A DNA stretch of 64,000 bases from an uncultured Candidatus Rokubacteria bacterium (lineage in GTDB: Bacteria; Methylomirabilota; Methylomirabilia; Rokubacteriales; CSP1-6). Below, piece by piece: positions 44,941 through 55,233 of this stretch; within the stretch, counting starts at the first letter, position 1; every line of letters begins with the position of its first letter. The position numbers were made by a program, and so were the translations under genes. Where the stretch lies: assembly GCA_963754315.1 (NCBI GenBank), contig CAVWFS010000001.1:256001-320000 (forward strand), given 5' to 3'. The notes under the pieces are model-generated. The model worked only from the letters and a program-made list of their open reading frames with translations. It did not search any database and was not told the origin of the DNA.

Positions 44941-45809
44941 GCGGCGAGCCCTTCGCGTCGGAGCAGCCGCAGGTAGGCCCACGCCACCGTCATGACGGCG
45001 GCGAACACGGTCACCCCGATGGCCGAGCCGAATCCGAGGTTCAAGGTCTGGAAGAGGCTGCGATACGCATAGACGGTCAGGGTCTCGGTGGTGCCGGCTG
45101 GTCCGCCGCCTGTCAGGACGTACATCAGGTCGAACGCGCGCAGGGCGTCGAGCGTGCGGAAGAGCAGGGCGATCAGGAGGATCTGGCGCAGCGCGGGCAA
45201 TGTCACGTACAGGAACGTGGCCAGCCGCCCGGCCCCGTCCACCTGCGCGGCCTCCCAGAGCTCGCTCGGAATGCTGAGAAGCCGCGCGTAACAAAGCAGC
45301 GCCACGAACGGCATGGTGCGCCAGACGTCGGCCAGCACGAGCCCGGCCAGGGCGAGCGTCGGATCGCCGAGCCAGTTGATCGGGCGACCGCCGAGGACGA
45401 AGTTCACGAGCCCGGCGGTGGGATGGTACAGCCACTCGAAGATCTTGGCCGTTACCACCGACGGCAGCGCCCACGGCAGAAGCAGGAACGACAGGGCGAG
45501 GCGCACGCCGATGCGCTGTCCGCGCAGGGCCAGGGCGACCAACGTTCCCAAGACCAGCTCGAGCCCCACCGAGGTGACGGTGAAGACAAGGGTCACGCGA
45601 ACGGCGTTCCAGAAACGCGGATCACGAACCAGGAACGCGTAGTTGTCGAGCCCGACGAAACGCTCGATACCGAAGATCGGCACTCGCTGCTGAAGCGAGA
45701 GCCACAGCACGGAGAGGGCCGGATAGACCGTGAGCGCCGCCAGCACCACCAGGGCCGGGGTGAGCATCGCGACTCCCAGGCGACGCTCGGCCCGTCCGCG
45801 CGGGTTCAC
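44937..45809 (-). CDS. Carbohydrate ABC permease (MalF/SugA-like)
   Basis: FVGLDNY, ELWEAAQVDGA, LTGGGPA. Confidence 0.9.
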   Translation of the reverse strand: MNPRGRAERRLGVAMLTPALVVLAALTVYPALSVLWLSLQQRVPIFGIERFVGLDNYAFLVRDPRFWNAVRVTLVFTVTSVGLELVLGTLVALALRGQRIGVRLALSFLLLPWALPSVVTAKIFEWLYHPTAGLVNFVLGGRPINWLGDPTLALAGLVLADVWRTMPFVALLCYARLLSIPSELWEAAQVDGAGRLATFLYVTLPALRQILLIALLFRTLDALRAFDLMYVLTGGGPAGTTETLTVYAYRSLFQTLNLGFGSAIGVTVFAAVMTVAWAYLRLLRREGLAA

Positions 45810-47080
45810 GGTCTGGCTGGCGCGAGGGCGCCCAGCAGGTAGGCGAGGCGCTGACGGGTGTCCCTCACGCTCTGGGCCGGCGTCTTGACACCGACGAGCG
45901 CCGCCGACAACTCGGGCTGGAGACTCGTTGAGAGCACGAGGTAGTAGGGCGTGACTGGCCGGGGGCGGGCAGCAAGGGCGAGAGCGAGGATCGCGGGCAT
46001 GGCAGGTTGGCGAGCGATGAGCCCTGCGTCCTCGTACAGTCGCATCCGGGTGGGCCAGAGAGCTGCGCTCTCCGCGATCCGGCGCTGCGCGGCCTCGCTG
46101 GTCATAAAGCGGGCGAGCGAGACGGCCGCCGTCGGATGAAGCGTGTGCCGGTTGACGCCGAGGTGCGAGCCTCCCGTCGACCCAGGGCTGACTCTGCCGT
46201 GAGCGTGGCGCGGCAGCGGCGCGATGCCGACCTTGCCACGCACGGGCGAGTCGGGAAGCTCGAACAGGTCGAGCGCATAGGGCCAACCGCGATAGAAGAT
46301 CGCTCGACCGTCGCCGAACGCGCGCCGACCCAGCTCCTCGTCGGCGGCTGTGACCCACCGCGGGCTGAGCCCCGTCGTGATCAGGGCCCGCATGAAGGCC
46401 AAGACCTCCTCGGCGCGGTCCGGCTCGGGAAAGATGATGTCGCCGGGGCCGAGCAGATCGCTGCCGTTGGCCCACAGTTCCTCGAGCACGTTGACGACGA
46501 GACCCTCGTACTGCTTGCCCTGCCAGAGGAAGCCGTCCAGAGGCGGCGGCTCGGCGGCACGGATCTGCCGGATCTGGGCCGCCATCTCGTCGTAGGTGCG
46601 TGGCGGGGGGAAGCCGTGTCGCGTCAGGAGATCCCGGCGGTAGTAGAGGAGGCCCACGTTCATGTTCCAGGGGAGCCCCCAGAAGCGCCCCCCCTGGGTG
46701 GCGGCGTCGATGGTTGACGGAAAGAACGCCTCGCGCTCGGCGGCCGAAACGTGTGGCGTGAGGTCGAGCAGCCAACCGGCGCGGGCGAACTCGGGGACCC
46801 AGATGACGTCCATCATCATGACGTCGAAACCAGCCCGACCACCCTCGAGGTTGATGACATAGAACTGATGCTGCTCGTCGGCGTTCCAGGGCAGGACCTC
46901 GCTTCTCACCCTGATCCCGGGATGCTGCGCCTCGAATTCTCTGAGAAGGGGGGGAATCGGGTCGTAGGGGCCGATGATCCGAGCGTGCTTGAACACGAGC
47001 TCGACGTCGGTCGTGGTACGTCCGGCGGGCTGGCATCCTCCGAGAAGGATGGCCACGCAGAGAACTGCGGCGGCTCGCAT
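45806..47080 (-). CDS. Sugar ABC substrate-binding lipoprotein (trehalose/maltose, LpqY/ThuE-like)
   Basis: LLGGC lipobox, DVIWVPEFA, LYYRRDLL, QGKQYEGL, ARPRPVTPYY. Confidence 0.88.
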   Translation of the reverse strand: MRAAAVLCVAILLGGCQPAGRTTTDVELVFKHARIIGPYDPIPPLLREFEAQHPGIRVRSEVLPWNADEQHQFYVINLEGGRAGFDVMMMDVIWVPEFARAGWLLDLTPHVSAAEREAFFPSTIDAATQGGRFWGLPWNMNVGLLYYRRDLLTRHGFPPPRTYDEMAAQIRQIRAAEPPPLDGFLWQGKQYEGLVVNVLEELWANGSDLLGPGDIIFPEPDRAEEVLAFMRALITTGLSPRWVTAADEELGRRAFGDGRAIFYRGWPYALDLFELPDSPVRGKVGIAPLPRHAHGRVSPGSTGGSHLGVNRHTLHPTAAVSLARFMTSEAAQRRIAESAALWPTRMRLYEDAGLIARQPAMPAILALALAARPRPVTPYYLVLSTSLQPELSAALVGVKTPAQSVRDTRQRLAYLLGALAPARP

Positions 47081-48430
47081 CAGGTGTCCGGATTGTCCTG
47101 CCGCGTTCTTCGCACCCGTGCCTGAACGTCGCTCACGACATCGCGCTCGAGCGTGATCTCCACCTCGTGATCCTCGACGTCCCAGCGGACCACGTGGGCG
47201 AGCCAACCGAAGATGGGCCGCCGGTGGGGGACCACGTGGCGCCCCCGATAGACGAGGGTGCGCTGCTCGGGCACGCTGAGCTGTTCCCGCGTCTCCGCCT
47301 CGGGTCCGCACAGGCGGAGGACCTGCTCGTGAGTCGTCACCCCGGGTACGATTCGGGCCAAGGTTTCGCGTGAGATGACCACTCCGCTATCACGGGGAGC
47401 CGCGCTCTTGCGCGGGACGATGACAAAATGGGAGCGAAGACTGCGTGCCGTGCGCGTGCCCACGAACCGTAGCAGGGGCGCCGCCAGGTTGCCGAGGATG
47501 AAGAACGCGGTTGGAATGATCACGGGCGCCCACGATCGCCAGCCGGTGAAGTAGCCGAACTGAACGGTGACGAGTTGCGGCGCAATACCCTCGGAAGGGT
47601 CGAGGAAGAGTGACACGACCTCCGTGCTGTCCAGTGTCTCGCTCAGGCGGCGTCGGCTGGAGGGCGGCGACACCTGATCGATCTTGACGTTTCCGGCCAT
47701 CGTGAAGTTCAGCATCAGCTGTGAGGGGTCCTCGGCCAGCCGAATGAGACGATCGCGATGCTCGAAGTAGAGGGGGAAGAGCCCGCGATTGCGCACGTCG
47801 TTAAACGAAAGCGAGATCAGGTACCGGTTGCCCCAGAACACGTTCTCGATCCAGCTGGCCTGCCGCGGTGTCACGAGGCCCCGAGCCTGGAACTGTAGAT
47901 CCATGAGCCGGGCTCGGTTGACCTGGTAGGGCGTCCACGGGATCCGCACATAGGTCACGGGCGCGGTGAGCCCGAGCGCCCCGCCTTGACGGACGAACGT
48001 CACGTAGGGTGCCCCGCCCGGGATCGGGACCGGGGGCTCGTTCGTGTCGACCTGAAACAGGGATTGGGAGGACAAGATCAGCCGTCCCTCGTCGATGACC
48101 GCGAAGCCGCGCTGCTCAACGTATTGAGCGAGGGCCCGCTCGGGCGGACCCACCGTCTGGTCCCCTTGCACCGCGCCGGGCCACAGCAGAAAAACGTCCT
48201 GCTCGAGTTCCGCGGCGCTGCGGTCGGGAGGAATCACCAGACTCCACAAGATTTCCACGGCCACGGGATTGATGCTCGGGGTGACTGTGGCGCGCACGAA
48301 CAGCGGTCCGATCGTGAAGGGTGGGTGGGGTTGGGAGGCGAGGAAGACCTGCCCCGGCGCCGACGCCGGCGCGAGCCCGCCCAGCAGGAGCCCTAGCCCG
48401 AACGCTGCCGCCCGGAGCCAGCGTCTATCG
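47080..48430 (-). CDS. Hypothetical membrane-anchored protein (start uncertain)
   Basis: Open frame extends upstream of the ORF call to a signal-like segment; one transmembrane helix; C-terminal IVPGVTTHEQVLRLCG. Confidence 0.65.
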
Positions 48431-48468
48431 ATCGTGCACCGCGGAGGATGGAGCAGGCGCGTCGTCCA

Positions 48469-49497
48469 TCACAGCCGCACCGGCGCGTAGCCGCTGGCGA
48501 CGTGCTCGGCGAGCGGGAGCTTCTTCTTGATCACGCCGTACTCGAGGAGCGTGTCCTGCATGACGGCCAGGGCCTCAACGCTGATCTGCCCGTCGGCCGG
48601 CAGCAGGGGCCCCGATATCTTGTGCGCTCCCAGCACGGCCTCGGGCGGCCAGCCGAGCGTCTTCGCGCAGATCTCGGCGGCGGCCGGGGGCTGCTCGCGC
48701 ATGAAGGCGACGGCGCGGAAGATCGCCCGCATGCCCTTGCGGATGGCCTCGGAGTTCTTGGCCAGAGAGTCCTCGGAGGTATACAGGATCTGGCTGATCC
48801 ACTTGGGGGTCACCCGATCCATGCGCATCAGCACCTTGGACTTTCCCTGTATCTCGGTCACGGCCCCGCCGTCACCCCACACGAAGGCGGCGATCTCCTT
48901 GCGAGAGAGCGCGGCCAGCTGCGCGTCCAACGCCCCCAGGGCGACGATCTTCACGTCCTTGTCGGGGTCCCAGCCCTGCTCGCGAGCCAACATGCGCGCG
49001 AAGATCCACGTGGTGGACCCCGGCCGCGTGATGCCGATGGCTTTGCCCTTGAGATCGGCGACGCTCTTGACGTCAGGGGCGACGTTGAGCGTGAAGTGGT
49101 TGCCCTCCGTGTGTGTGGCGAGCATCTTGATGGGAGCACCTACTTCGCGGAACACGAAGATGTCCGTACTACCCGTGACGCCGATGAGCACCTCGCCTGT
49201 CAAGACGGCCTTGAGCAAGTCGGGACCGCCCCGGAAAGGCACGAAGTCCGCCTCGAGTCCCTCTTGCTTGAACAGCCCGCGCTCCAGGGCGAGAATCACG
49301 GGACAGGCCATCGCATAGTCTCCAAGCACGGCGGTCCCGATCTTGATGGGCGTCTGCGCGTGCGCGACCCCGCGGCGGTAGAGGTTGCCAAGACCGGCCG
49401 CGACCGTCCCGCTCCACAGGATCTCGCGGCGCGTCAAGGTCCTGCGCGCCACTCGGTCTCGGGGCACGGTCACTTGACATTCTTGCTGTCGGTTCAT
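48469..49497 (-). CDS. SsuA/NMT1-type ABC substrate-binding protein
   Basis: RREIL..AHA signal, GLFKQEGL, DLKGKAIGITRPGS. Confidence 0.85.
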   Translation of the reverse strand: MNRQQECQVTVPRDRVARRTLTRREILWSGTVAAGLGNLYRRGVAHAQTPIKIGTAVLGDYAMACPVILALERGLFKQEGLEADFVPFRGGPDLLKAVLTGEVLIGVTGSTDIFVFREVGAPIKMLATHTEGNHFTLNVAPDVKSVADLKGKAIGITRPGSTTWIFARMLAREQGWDPDKDVKIVALGALDAQLAALSRKEIAAFVWGDGGAVTEIQGKSKVLMRMDRVTPKWISQILYTSEDSLAKNSEAIRKGMRAIFRAVAFMREQPPAAAEICAKTLGWPPEAVLGAHKISGPLLPADGQISVEALAVMQDTLLEYGVIKKKLPLAEHVASGYAPVRL

Positions 49498-49580
49498 ACC
49501 TTTACCACGCCTTTCATGAGTGACGCAGCCGTGGAGCGATCGTACTACCTTCACCGCATCGGTCACAACGCGGTCACGTC

Positions 49581-50378
49581 GTGACAGTGTCGCCGGCGGT
49601 CGCGTACCGCGTCGAAGATGGGGTGGCCTGGATCACGCTCAACCGTCCCACCGTCCTCAACGCGCTCAATACGGAACTGGCGGCGGGCCTGGCCGATCAC
49701 GCCGAGTCCGCGGCTGCAGATCCTGACGTCGATGTGGTGATCGTGCGGGGGGAAGGCCGGGCCTTCTGCTCCGGGATGGACCGGACCGCCCTCGCGAGTG
49801 GCGCCGTCGGTGAAGAGTTCTACCGACACTGGATCCGCGGCCTCAACTGCCTGGAGGACATGCCCAAGGTCTCTATCGCGGTGCTCCATGGCTATTCGAT
49901 CGGCGGCGGCCTTCAGCTCTCCCTGGCCTGCGATCTCCGGATCGCTGTGACCGATGCCATCATCGGCCTGGGAGCGACCATGCACGGCATCATTCCCGAC
50001 GGTGCGGTCCTACGTCTGGCGCGTCTGGTGGGCCTCGGGCGGGCCAAGGAGTTGGCGCTCCTGAACGACAACATCGCCGTGGAGGAGGCGCGGGCCATCG
50101 GGCTCGTCAACTGGGTGTGTCCGCCTGATGCGCTGGCGTCTACCTTGGCGGGGGTGATCGCCAAGACCAGACGGGCGGCGCCCACTGCAAATGCTCTCAC
50201 GAAGCGACTCTTGCACGAATCGTTTCAGCGCGATCCGCGCGCCAGCATCGAGGACCTGCTCCAGGCGCAGAACCTCTGCATGACCTCCTGGGAGACGGAG
50301 GAAGCCAATCGAGCCTGGCAGGAGAAGCGAGAGGCCGTGTACCACCCGCGGCCTGCGCGCCGGCCGCATGGCGCGTGA
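49581..50378 (+). CDS. Enoyl-CoA hydratase/isomerase family
   Basis: ITLNRP..LNAL, AFCSGMD, IGGGLQLSLACD. Confidence 0.88.
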   Translation: MTVSPAVAYRVEDGVAWITLNRPTVLNALNTELAAGLADHAESAAADPDVDVVIVRGEGRAFCSGMDRTALASGAVGEEFYRHWIRGLNCLEDMPKVSIAVLHGYSIGGGLQLSLACDLRIAVTDAIIGLGATMHGIIPDGAVLRLARLVGLGRAKELALLNDNIAVEEARAIGLVNWVCPPDALASTLAGVIAKTRRAAPTANALTKRLLHESFQRDPRASIEDLLQAQNLCMTSWETEEANRAWQEKREAVYHPRPARRPHGA

Positions 50379-51123
50379 CACAATCCTCGAGACCGAGGGG
50401 CTCACGAAGGAGTTCCGTGGATTCGTCGCCGTCAAGAACGTCAACCTCTCGGTGAATCGAGGCACCATCCACGCCCTGATCGGCCCCAACGGCGCCGGGA
50501 AGACGACGTGCTTCAACCTCCTCACCCACTTCCTGATCCCCACGCGCGGACGCATTCGCTTCAACGGGCGCGACATCACCGGATCACGGCCGTCGCAGAT
50601 CGCGCGCCTCGGTCTGGTCCGCTCGTTCCAGATCTCGGCCGTCTTCCCGCACCTCTCGGTGCTCGAGAACGTGCGGATCGCGCTGCAGCGCACACGGGGC
50701 CGTTCGTTCGACTTCTGGCGCTCGGAACGCCTCCTGGATCGGCTCAACGGGCGAGCCCTGGAGCTGATCGAGGCCGTGGGGCTCGCCGATTTCTCGGCCA
50801 CGCCCGCGGTGGAGCTGCCGTATGGGCGCAAGCGCGCCCTCGAGATCGCCACGACCCTTGCCCTGGATCCCGAGATGATGTTGCTGGACGAACCCACAGC
50901 CGGCATGGCTCACGAGGATGTGGCGCGGATCTCCGCCCTCATCAAGACGGTCGCCGCCAACCGCACTATTCTGATGGTCGAGCACAATCTGAGCGTGGTG
51001 GAAAACCTCTCCGACACCATCACCGTGCTGTCGCGCGGCGAGGTGCTCGCCGAGGGCAGCTACGCCAACGTGTCCAAGAATCCCGAGGTGATCCAGGCCT
51101 ACATGGGTTCCGGGCATGCCTGA
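50368..51123 (+). CDS. LivG-type ABC ATPase
   Basis: GPNGAGKTT, RSFQ, LPYGRKR, LDEPTAG. Confidence 0.92.
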   Translation: MARDTILETEGLTKEFRGFVAVKNVNLSVNRGTIHALIGPNGAGKTTCFNLLTHFLIPTRGRIRFNGRDITGSRPSQIARLGLVRSFQISAVFPHLSVLENVRIALQRTRGRSFDFWRSERLLDRLNGRALELIEAVGLADFSATPAVELPYGRKRALEIATTLALDPEMMLLDEPTAGMAHEDVARISALIKTVAANRTILMVEHNLSVVENLSDTITVLSRGEVLAEGSYANVSKNPEVIQAYMGSGHA

Positions 51124-51868
51124 CACCTTGATCGCCGCGGGATCGACCGCCCATCCGACGGGCGGCGCCCCTGCGCTGCTCTCCGTGCGGGGACTGCACG
51201 CCTGGTACGGGGAGTCACACATCCTTCACGGGGTTGACCTGGATATCGCGACGGGCGAGGTGGTCACCTTGCTCGGGCGGAACGGGGCGGGAAAGACGAC
51301 GACCTTGAAGGCGATCATGGGCATCGTGACCGCGCGGCGCGGGTCGATCCGGTTCGGCGATCAGGAGCTCATTGCCCGGCCCTCGAACGGCATCGCGCGC
51401 TTGGGGTTGGCGTTCTGTCCTGAGGAGCGCGGAATCTTCGCCAGCTTGAACGTGGAGGAGAACCTGCTCTTGCCGCCGCGGGTGGCGAGTGGGGGACTGT
51501 CGACGGAGGCGATACTCGAGCTGTTCCCGAACCTCAAGGAGCGCCTGCGCAGCCAGGGCACCAAGCTCTCGGGTGGCGAGCAGCAGATGCTGGCCATCGG
51601 CCGCATCCTGCGCACGGGGGCTCGCCTTCTCCTGCTCGACGAGCCCACGGAGGGCCTCGCCCCCGTCATCGTCCAGCAGATCGGCCGTACCATCCATCGC
51701 CTCAAGGCGGAAGGATTCACGATCTTGCTCGTCGAGCAGAACTTTCGTTTCGCGGCCACCGTGGCCGACCGTCACTACGTGATGGAGCACGGGCGGATCG
51801 CCGACATGATCCCCAATGCAGCTCTCGAGGTCAGCATGGACAAGCTGCACCAGTATCTCGGAGTGTAG
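51116..51868 (+). CDS. LivF-type ABC ATPase
   Basis: GRNGAGKTT, LSGGEQQM, LDEPTEGLAP. Confidence 0.92.
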   Translation: MPDTLIAAGSTAHPTGGAPALLSVRGLHAWYGESHILHGVDLDIATGEVVTLLGRNGAGKTTTLKAIMGIVTARRGSIRFGDQELIARPSNGIARLGLAFCPEERGIFASLNVEENLLLPPRVASGGLSTEAILELFPNLKERLRSQGTKLSGGEQQMLAIGRILRTGARLLLLDEPTEGLAPVIVQQIGRTIHRLKAEGFTILLVEQNFRFAATVADRHYVMEHGRIADMIPNAALEVSMDKLHQYLGV

Positions 51869-51904
51869 AGACAACCAAACAGATCAGCGAAAGGAGTCGT
51901 TGGC

Positions 51905-53113
51905 ATGGTCATCTCACGCGCGTTGGTCCTGATGGCAGCCCTGGCCCTGGGGGCCGGGCCCGCCCTCGCCCAGATTTCCGACGGTGTCGTCAAGATCGGG
52001 GTTCTCAACGACCAGTCCAGCCTGTACGCGGACCTGGCCGGACAGGGATCGGTGGTGGCCGCCCGCATGGCGGTGGAGGATTTCGAGGCGGCCAAGAAGG
52101 GAATGAAGGTCGAGATCATCTTCGCCGACCACCAGAACAAGCCTGACGTGGGTTCTCAGATCGCGCGCCAGTGGTACGACGCCGACAAGGTGGACGTCAT
52201 CGTGGACGTGCCCAACTCGGGGGTGGCGCTGGCCGTCAACCAGATCACCAAGGAGAAGGGAAAGGCCTTCGTGGTGTCGAGCGCGGCGACCTCCGATCTC
52301 ACCGGCAAGGCCTGCTCCCCCAACACCGTGCACTGGACCTACGACACCTGGGCGCTCGCCAATGGCACCGGCAATGCCATCACCAAGACGGGCGGCGACA
52401 GCTGGTTCTTCATCACCGCGGATTACGCCTTCGGTCACGCGCTCGAGCGCGATACCGAGAACGTCGTCCTCAAGAGTGGCGGGAAGGTTTTAGGCAAGGT
52501 GCGCCACCCCCTCAACACCCAGGACTTCTCCTCCTTCCTCCTCCAGGCTCAGGCGTCCAAGGCCAAGATCGTGGGCCTGGCCAACGCGGGCGGCGACACC
52601 ACCAACGCCATCAAGCAGGGGGCGGAGTTTGGCATCGTGCGCGGCGGTCAGAACTTCGCGGGGCTTCTCGTTTTTCTCACCGACGTCCACGCCCTCGGCC
52701 TCGACAAGGCGCAGGGGCTGATCTTCACGGAGTCGTTCTACTGGGACATGAACGACAAGACGCGCGCCTTCGCCAAGCGCTTCGCCGAGCGCAACCGCCA
52801 GATCCATCCGACCATGATCCACGCCGGCGTGTACGCGGGTGTCCTGCACTACTTAAAGGCGGTGGAGGCGCTCAAGAGCGACGACGGGACCAAGGTCATC
52901 GCCAAGATGAAGGAGATGCCCACCGACGACCCGCTCTTTGGCAAGGGCACCATCCGTCCGGACGGCCGCAAGATTCACCCCATGTACCTGGTCGAGGTCA
53001 AGAAGCCGGCCGAGTCCAAGTACCCATGGGACTACTACAAGATTCGCGCGACCATCCCCGCCGACCAGGCCTTCCGCCCCCTCGACCAGGGTGACTGCCC
53101 CCTCGTAAAGTGA
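51905..53113 (+). CDS. LivK-type ABC substrate-binding protein
   Basis: KIGVLND, ADHQNKPD, ADYAFG, LANAGGD. Confidence 0.92.
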   Translation: MVISRALVLMAALALGAGPALAQISDGVVKIGVLNDQSSLYADLAGQGSVVAARMAVEDFEAAKKGMKVEIIFADHQNKPDVGSQIARQWYDADKVDVIVDVPNSGVALAVNQITKEKGKAFVVSSAATSDLTGKACSPNTVHWTYDTWALANGTGNAITKTGGDSWFFITADYAFGHALERDTENVVLKSGGKVLGKVRHPLNTQDFSSFLLQAQASKAKIVGLANAGGDTTNAIKQGAEFGIVRGGQNFAGLLVFLTDVHALGLDKAQGLIFTESFYWDMNDKTRAFAKRFAERNRQIHPTMIHAGVYAGVLHYLKAVEALKSDDGTKVIAKMKEMPTDDPLFGKGTIRPDGRKIHPMYLVEVKKPAESKYPWDYYKIRATIPADQAFRPLDQGDCPLVK

Positions 53114-53169
53114 AACGTGAAGCAACGCAGCCGGGCCGCCCTAGCCAAGCCAAGGCGCAGCCGCAACGG

Positions 53170-53362
53170 CACGCAGCCGGGCGCTCCTGGACCCGCCCAC
53201 CCACGCTTCAAGGCGGGCAGAGGCCGCTGACCACAAGCGGCACGCAGCCGGGGCGCCCCTGAACCCGCCCACCCACGCTTCAAGGCGGGCAGAGGCCGCT
53301 GACCACAAGCGCACGCAGCCGGGGCGCCCCTGAACCAGCCCACCCACGCTTCAAGGCGGGCA
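53170..53362 (+). repeat. 71-bp tandem repeat (~2.7 units)
   Basis: Units start at 53170, 53241 and 53312: CACGCAGCCGG..CCCGCCCACCCACGCTTCAAGGCGGGCAGAGGCCGCTGACCACAAGCG. Confidence 0.9.
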
Positions 53363-53376
53363 CACGCTCCTTTGCA

Positions 53377-54250
53377 ATGATCCCGAGCCAGGCGCTGTTC
53401 GGTCAACTGCTCATCGGGCTGATCAACGGTTCCTTCTACGCGCTCCTGAGCCTGGGACTCTCTGTCATCTTCGGCCTTCTCAACATCATCAACTTCGCCC
53501 ACGGCGCCCAGTACATGATGGGCGCGTTCGTCGCCTACTTCCTCTTACAGTGGGGAGGCCTCGGCTACTGGTGGGCACTCCTCGTGGCCCCGCTCGTGGT
53601 GGGCGCGGTCGGCATCCTGCTCGAGCGCACCATGCTCAAGCGTCTGTACACCCTGGACCACCTTTACGGTCTGCTGCTCACCTTCGGCTGCGCGCTCATC
53701 ATCCAGGGCCTGTTCCGTCACGAGTACGGATCGTCGGGCATCCCCTACGCCATGCCCGCTCAGCTCACGGGCGGCCAGAACCTCGGTTTCATGTTCCTGC
53801 CCAACTATCGGGCGTGGGTCATCGTCTTCTCGCTCACCGTGTGCCTCATCACCTGGTACGTGATCGAGCGCACAAAGCTCGGCTCCTATCTGAGGGCCGC
53901 CACCGAGAATCCCACCCTCGTGCAAGCGTTCGGCATCAACGTCCCCCGCATGATCACCCTCACCTATGGTTTCGGGGTAGCCCTGGCCGGTCTGGCCGGA
54001 GTGCTGGCGGCGCCCATCTACCAGGTGAATCCTCTGATGGGCGCCGACCTGATCATCGTCGTGTTCGCGGTGGTGGTTATCGGCGGGCTGGGCTCGATCA
54101 TGGGCTCGATCGTGACCGGATTCGCCCTGGGGCTTGGTCGAGGGACTCACCAAGGTCTTCTATCCCGAGGCGTCGAACACCGTGATCTTCGTGATCATGG
54201 CCCTCGTCCTCCTCGTGAAACCGGCGGGCCTCTTCGGGCGGACAGCGTGA
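53377..54250 (+). CDS. LivH-type permease (frameshift near 54135)
   Basis: GLSVIFGLLNIINFAHG; VVVIGGLGS; shifted-frame LVKPAGLFG. Confidence 0.88.
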
Positions 54251-55233
54251 CGGCAACCGCGAAGCCCTATGTAGAGGCAGCGCCCGCCTCGCTGGCGGTC
54301 GCGACGTCCGTCCCCCGCCACCAGGTGCTTGCCTTCGTGGCCATGCTCGTTTTTTTCGGAGCGGCGCCGTACTTCGTCTATCCGGTGTTCCTCATGAAGG
54401 CGCTATGCTTCGCCCTCTTTGCCTGTGCCTTCAACCTCCTCATCGGCTACGTGGGCCTCCTGTCGTTCGGGCACGCGCTCTTCCTGGGCTCGGCCGGGTA
54501 CGCCACCGCGCACTCGGCCAAGGTGTGGGGGCTCCCGCCGGAGGCGGCCATTCTCTTCGGGGTGCTGGTGGCGTGCGGGCTGGGCGTGGCCATCGGAGCG
54601 CTCGCCATCCGCAGCCGGGGTATCTATTTCGCCAATATCACCCTGGCCTTCGCTCAGATGGTGTACTTCTTCTTCCTGCAGGCAAAATTCACCGGGGGAG
54701 AGGACGGGATCCAGGCCGTTCCACGCGGGACTCTGTTCGGGCTCTTCGACCTGCGCCAGACCATGCCGATGTACTTCACGGTGCTGGCCATCTTCCTGCT
54801 GGGCTTCCTCATCGTCTATCGGGCCATTCACTCTCCGTTCGGCCAGGTGCTCAAGGCCATCCGCGAGAACGAACCGCGCGCGGTGTCCCTCGGCTACCAG
54901 GCCGAGCACTACAAGCTGATCGCCTTCGTGCTCTCGGCCACGCTGGCCGGGCTGGCCGGTGGCACCAAGTCGATCGTGTTCCAGCTCGCCTCGCTCACCG
55001 ACGTGCACTGGACCATGTCCGGCGAGGTGGTGCTGATGACCCTGCTCGGGGGACTGGGAACCGTCTTCGGTCCCGTGGTGGGTGCGCTCGTGCTCATCAC
55101 GCTCGAGCACTATCTGGCCCAGCTGGGAGCGTGGTTTACCATCGTGCAAGGTGTGATCTTCGTCATCTGCGTTCTCACGTTCCGTCGGGGCATCGTCGGC
55201 GAGCTGGGACGCCTGCTGAAGAAACCTCTGTGA
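54247..55233 (+). CDS. LivM-type permease
   Basis: NLLIGYVGLLSFGH, TGGEDG, AIRENE. Confidence 0.88.
   Translation: MTATAKPYVEAAPASLAVATSVPRHQVLAFVAMLVFFGAAPYFVYPVFLMKALCFALFACAFNLLIGYVGLLSFGHALFLGSAGYATAHSAKVWGLPPEAAILFGVLVACGLGVAIGALAIRSRGIYFANITLAFAQMVYFFFLQAKFTGGEDGIQAVPRGTLFGLFDLRQTMPMYFTVLAIFLLGFLIVYRAIHSPFGQVLKAIRENEPRAVSLGYQAEHYKLIAFVLSATLAGLAGGTKSIVFQLASLTDVHWTMSGEVVLMTLLGGLGTVFGPVVGALVLITLEHYLAQLGAWFTIVQGVIFVICVLTFRRGIVGELGRLLKKPL

Noticed and set aside
53170..53362. CRISPR array
   Set aside because: Whole units repeat with no unique spacers, and there are no cas genes; the same holds for the 32045 and 43429 repeats
53377..55233. LivH-LivM fusion
   Set aside because: The LivH C-terminus continues in a shifted frame and ends in a GTGA overlap at 54247-54250
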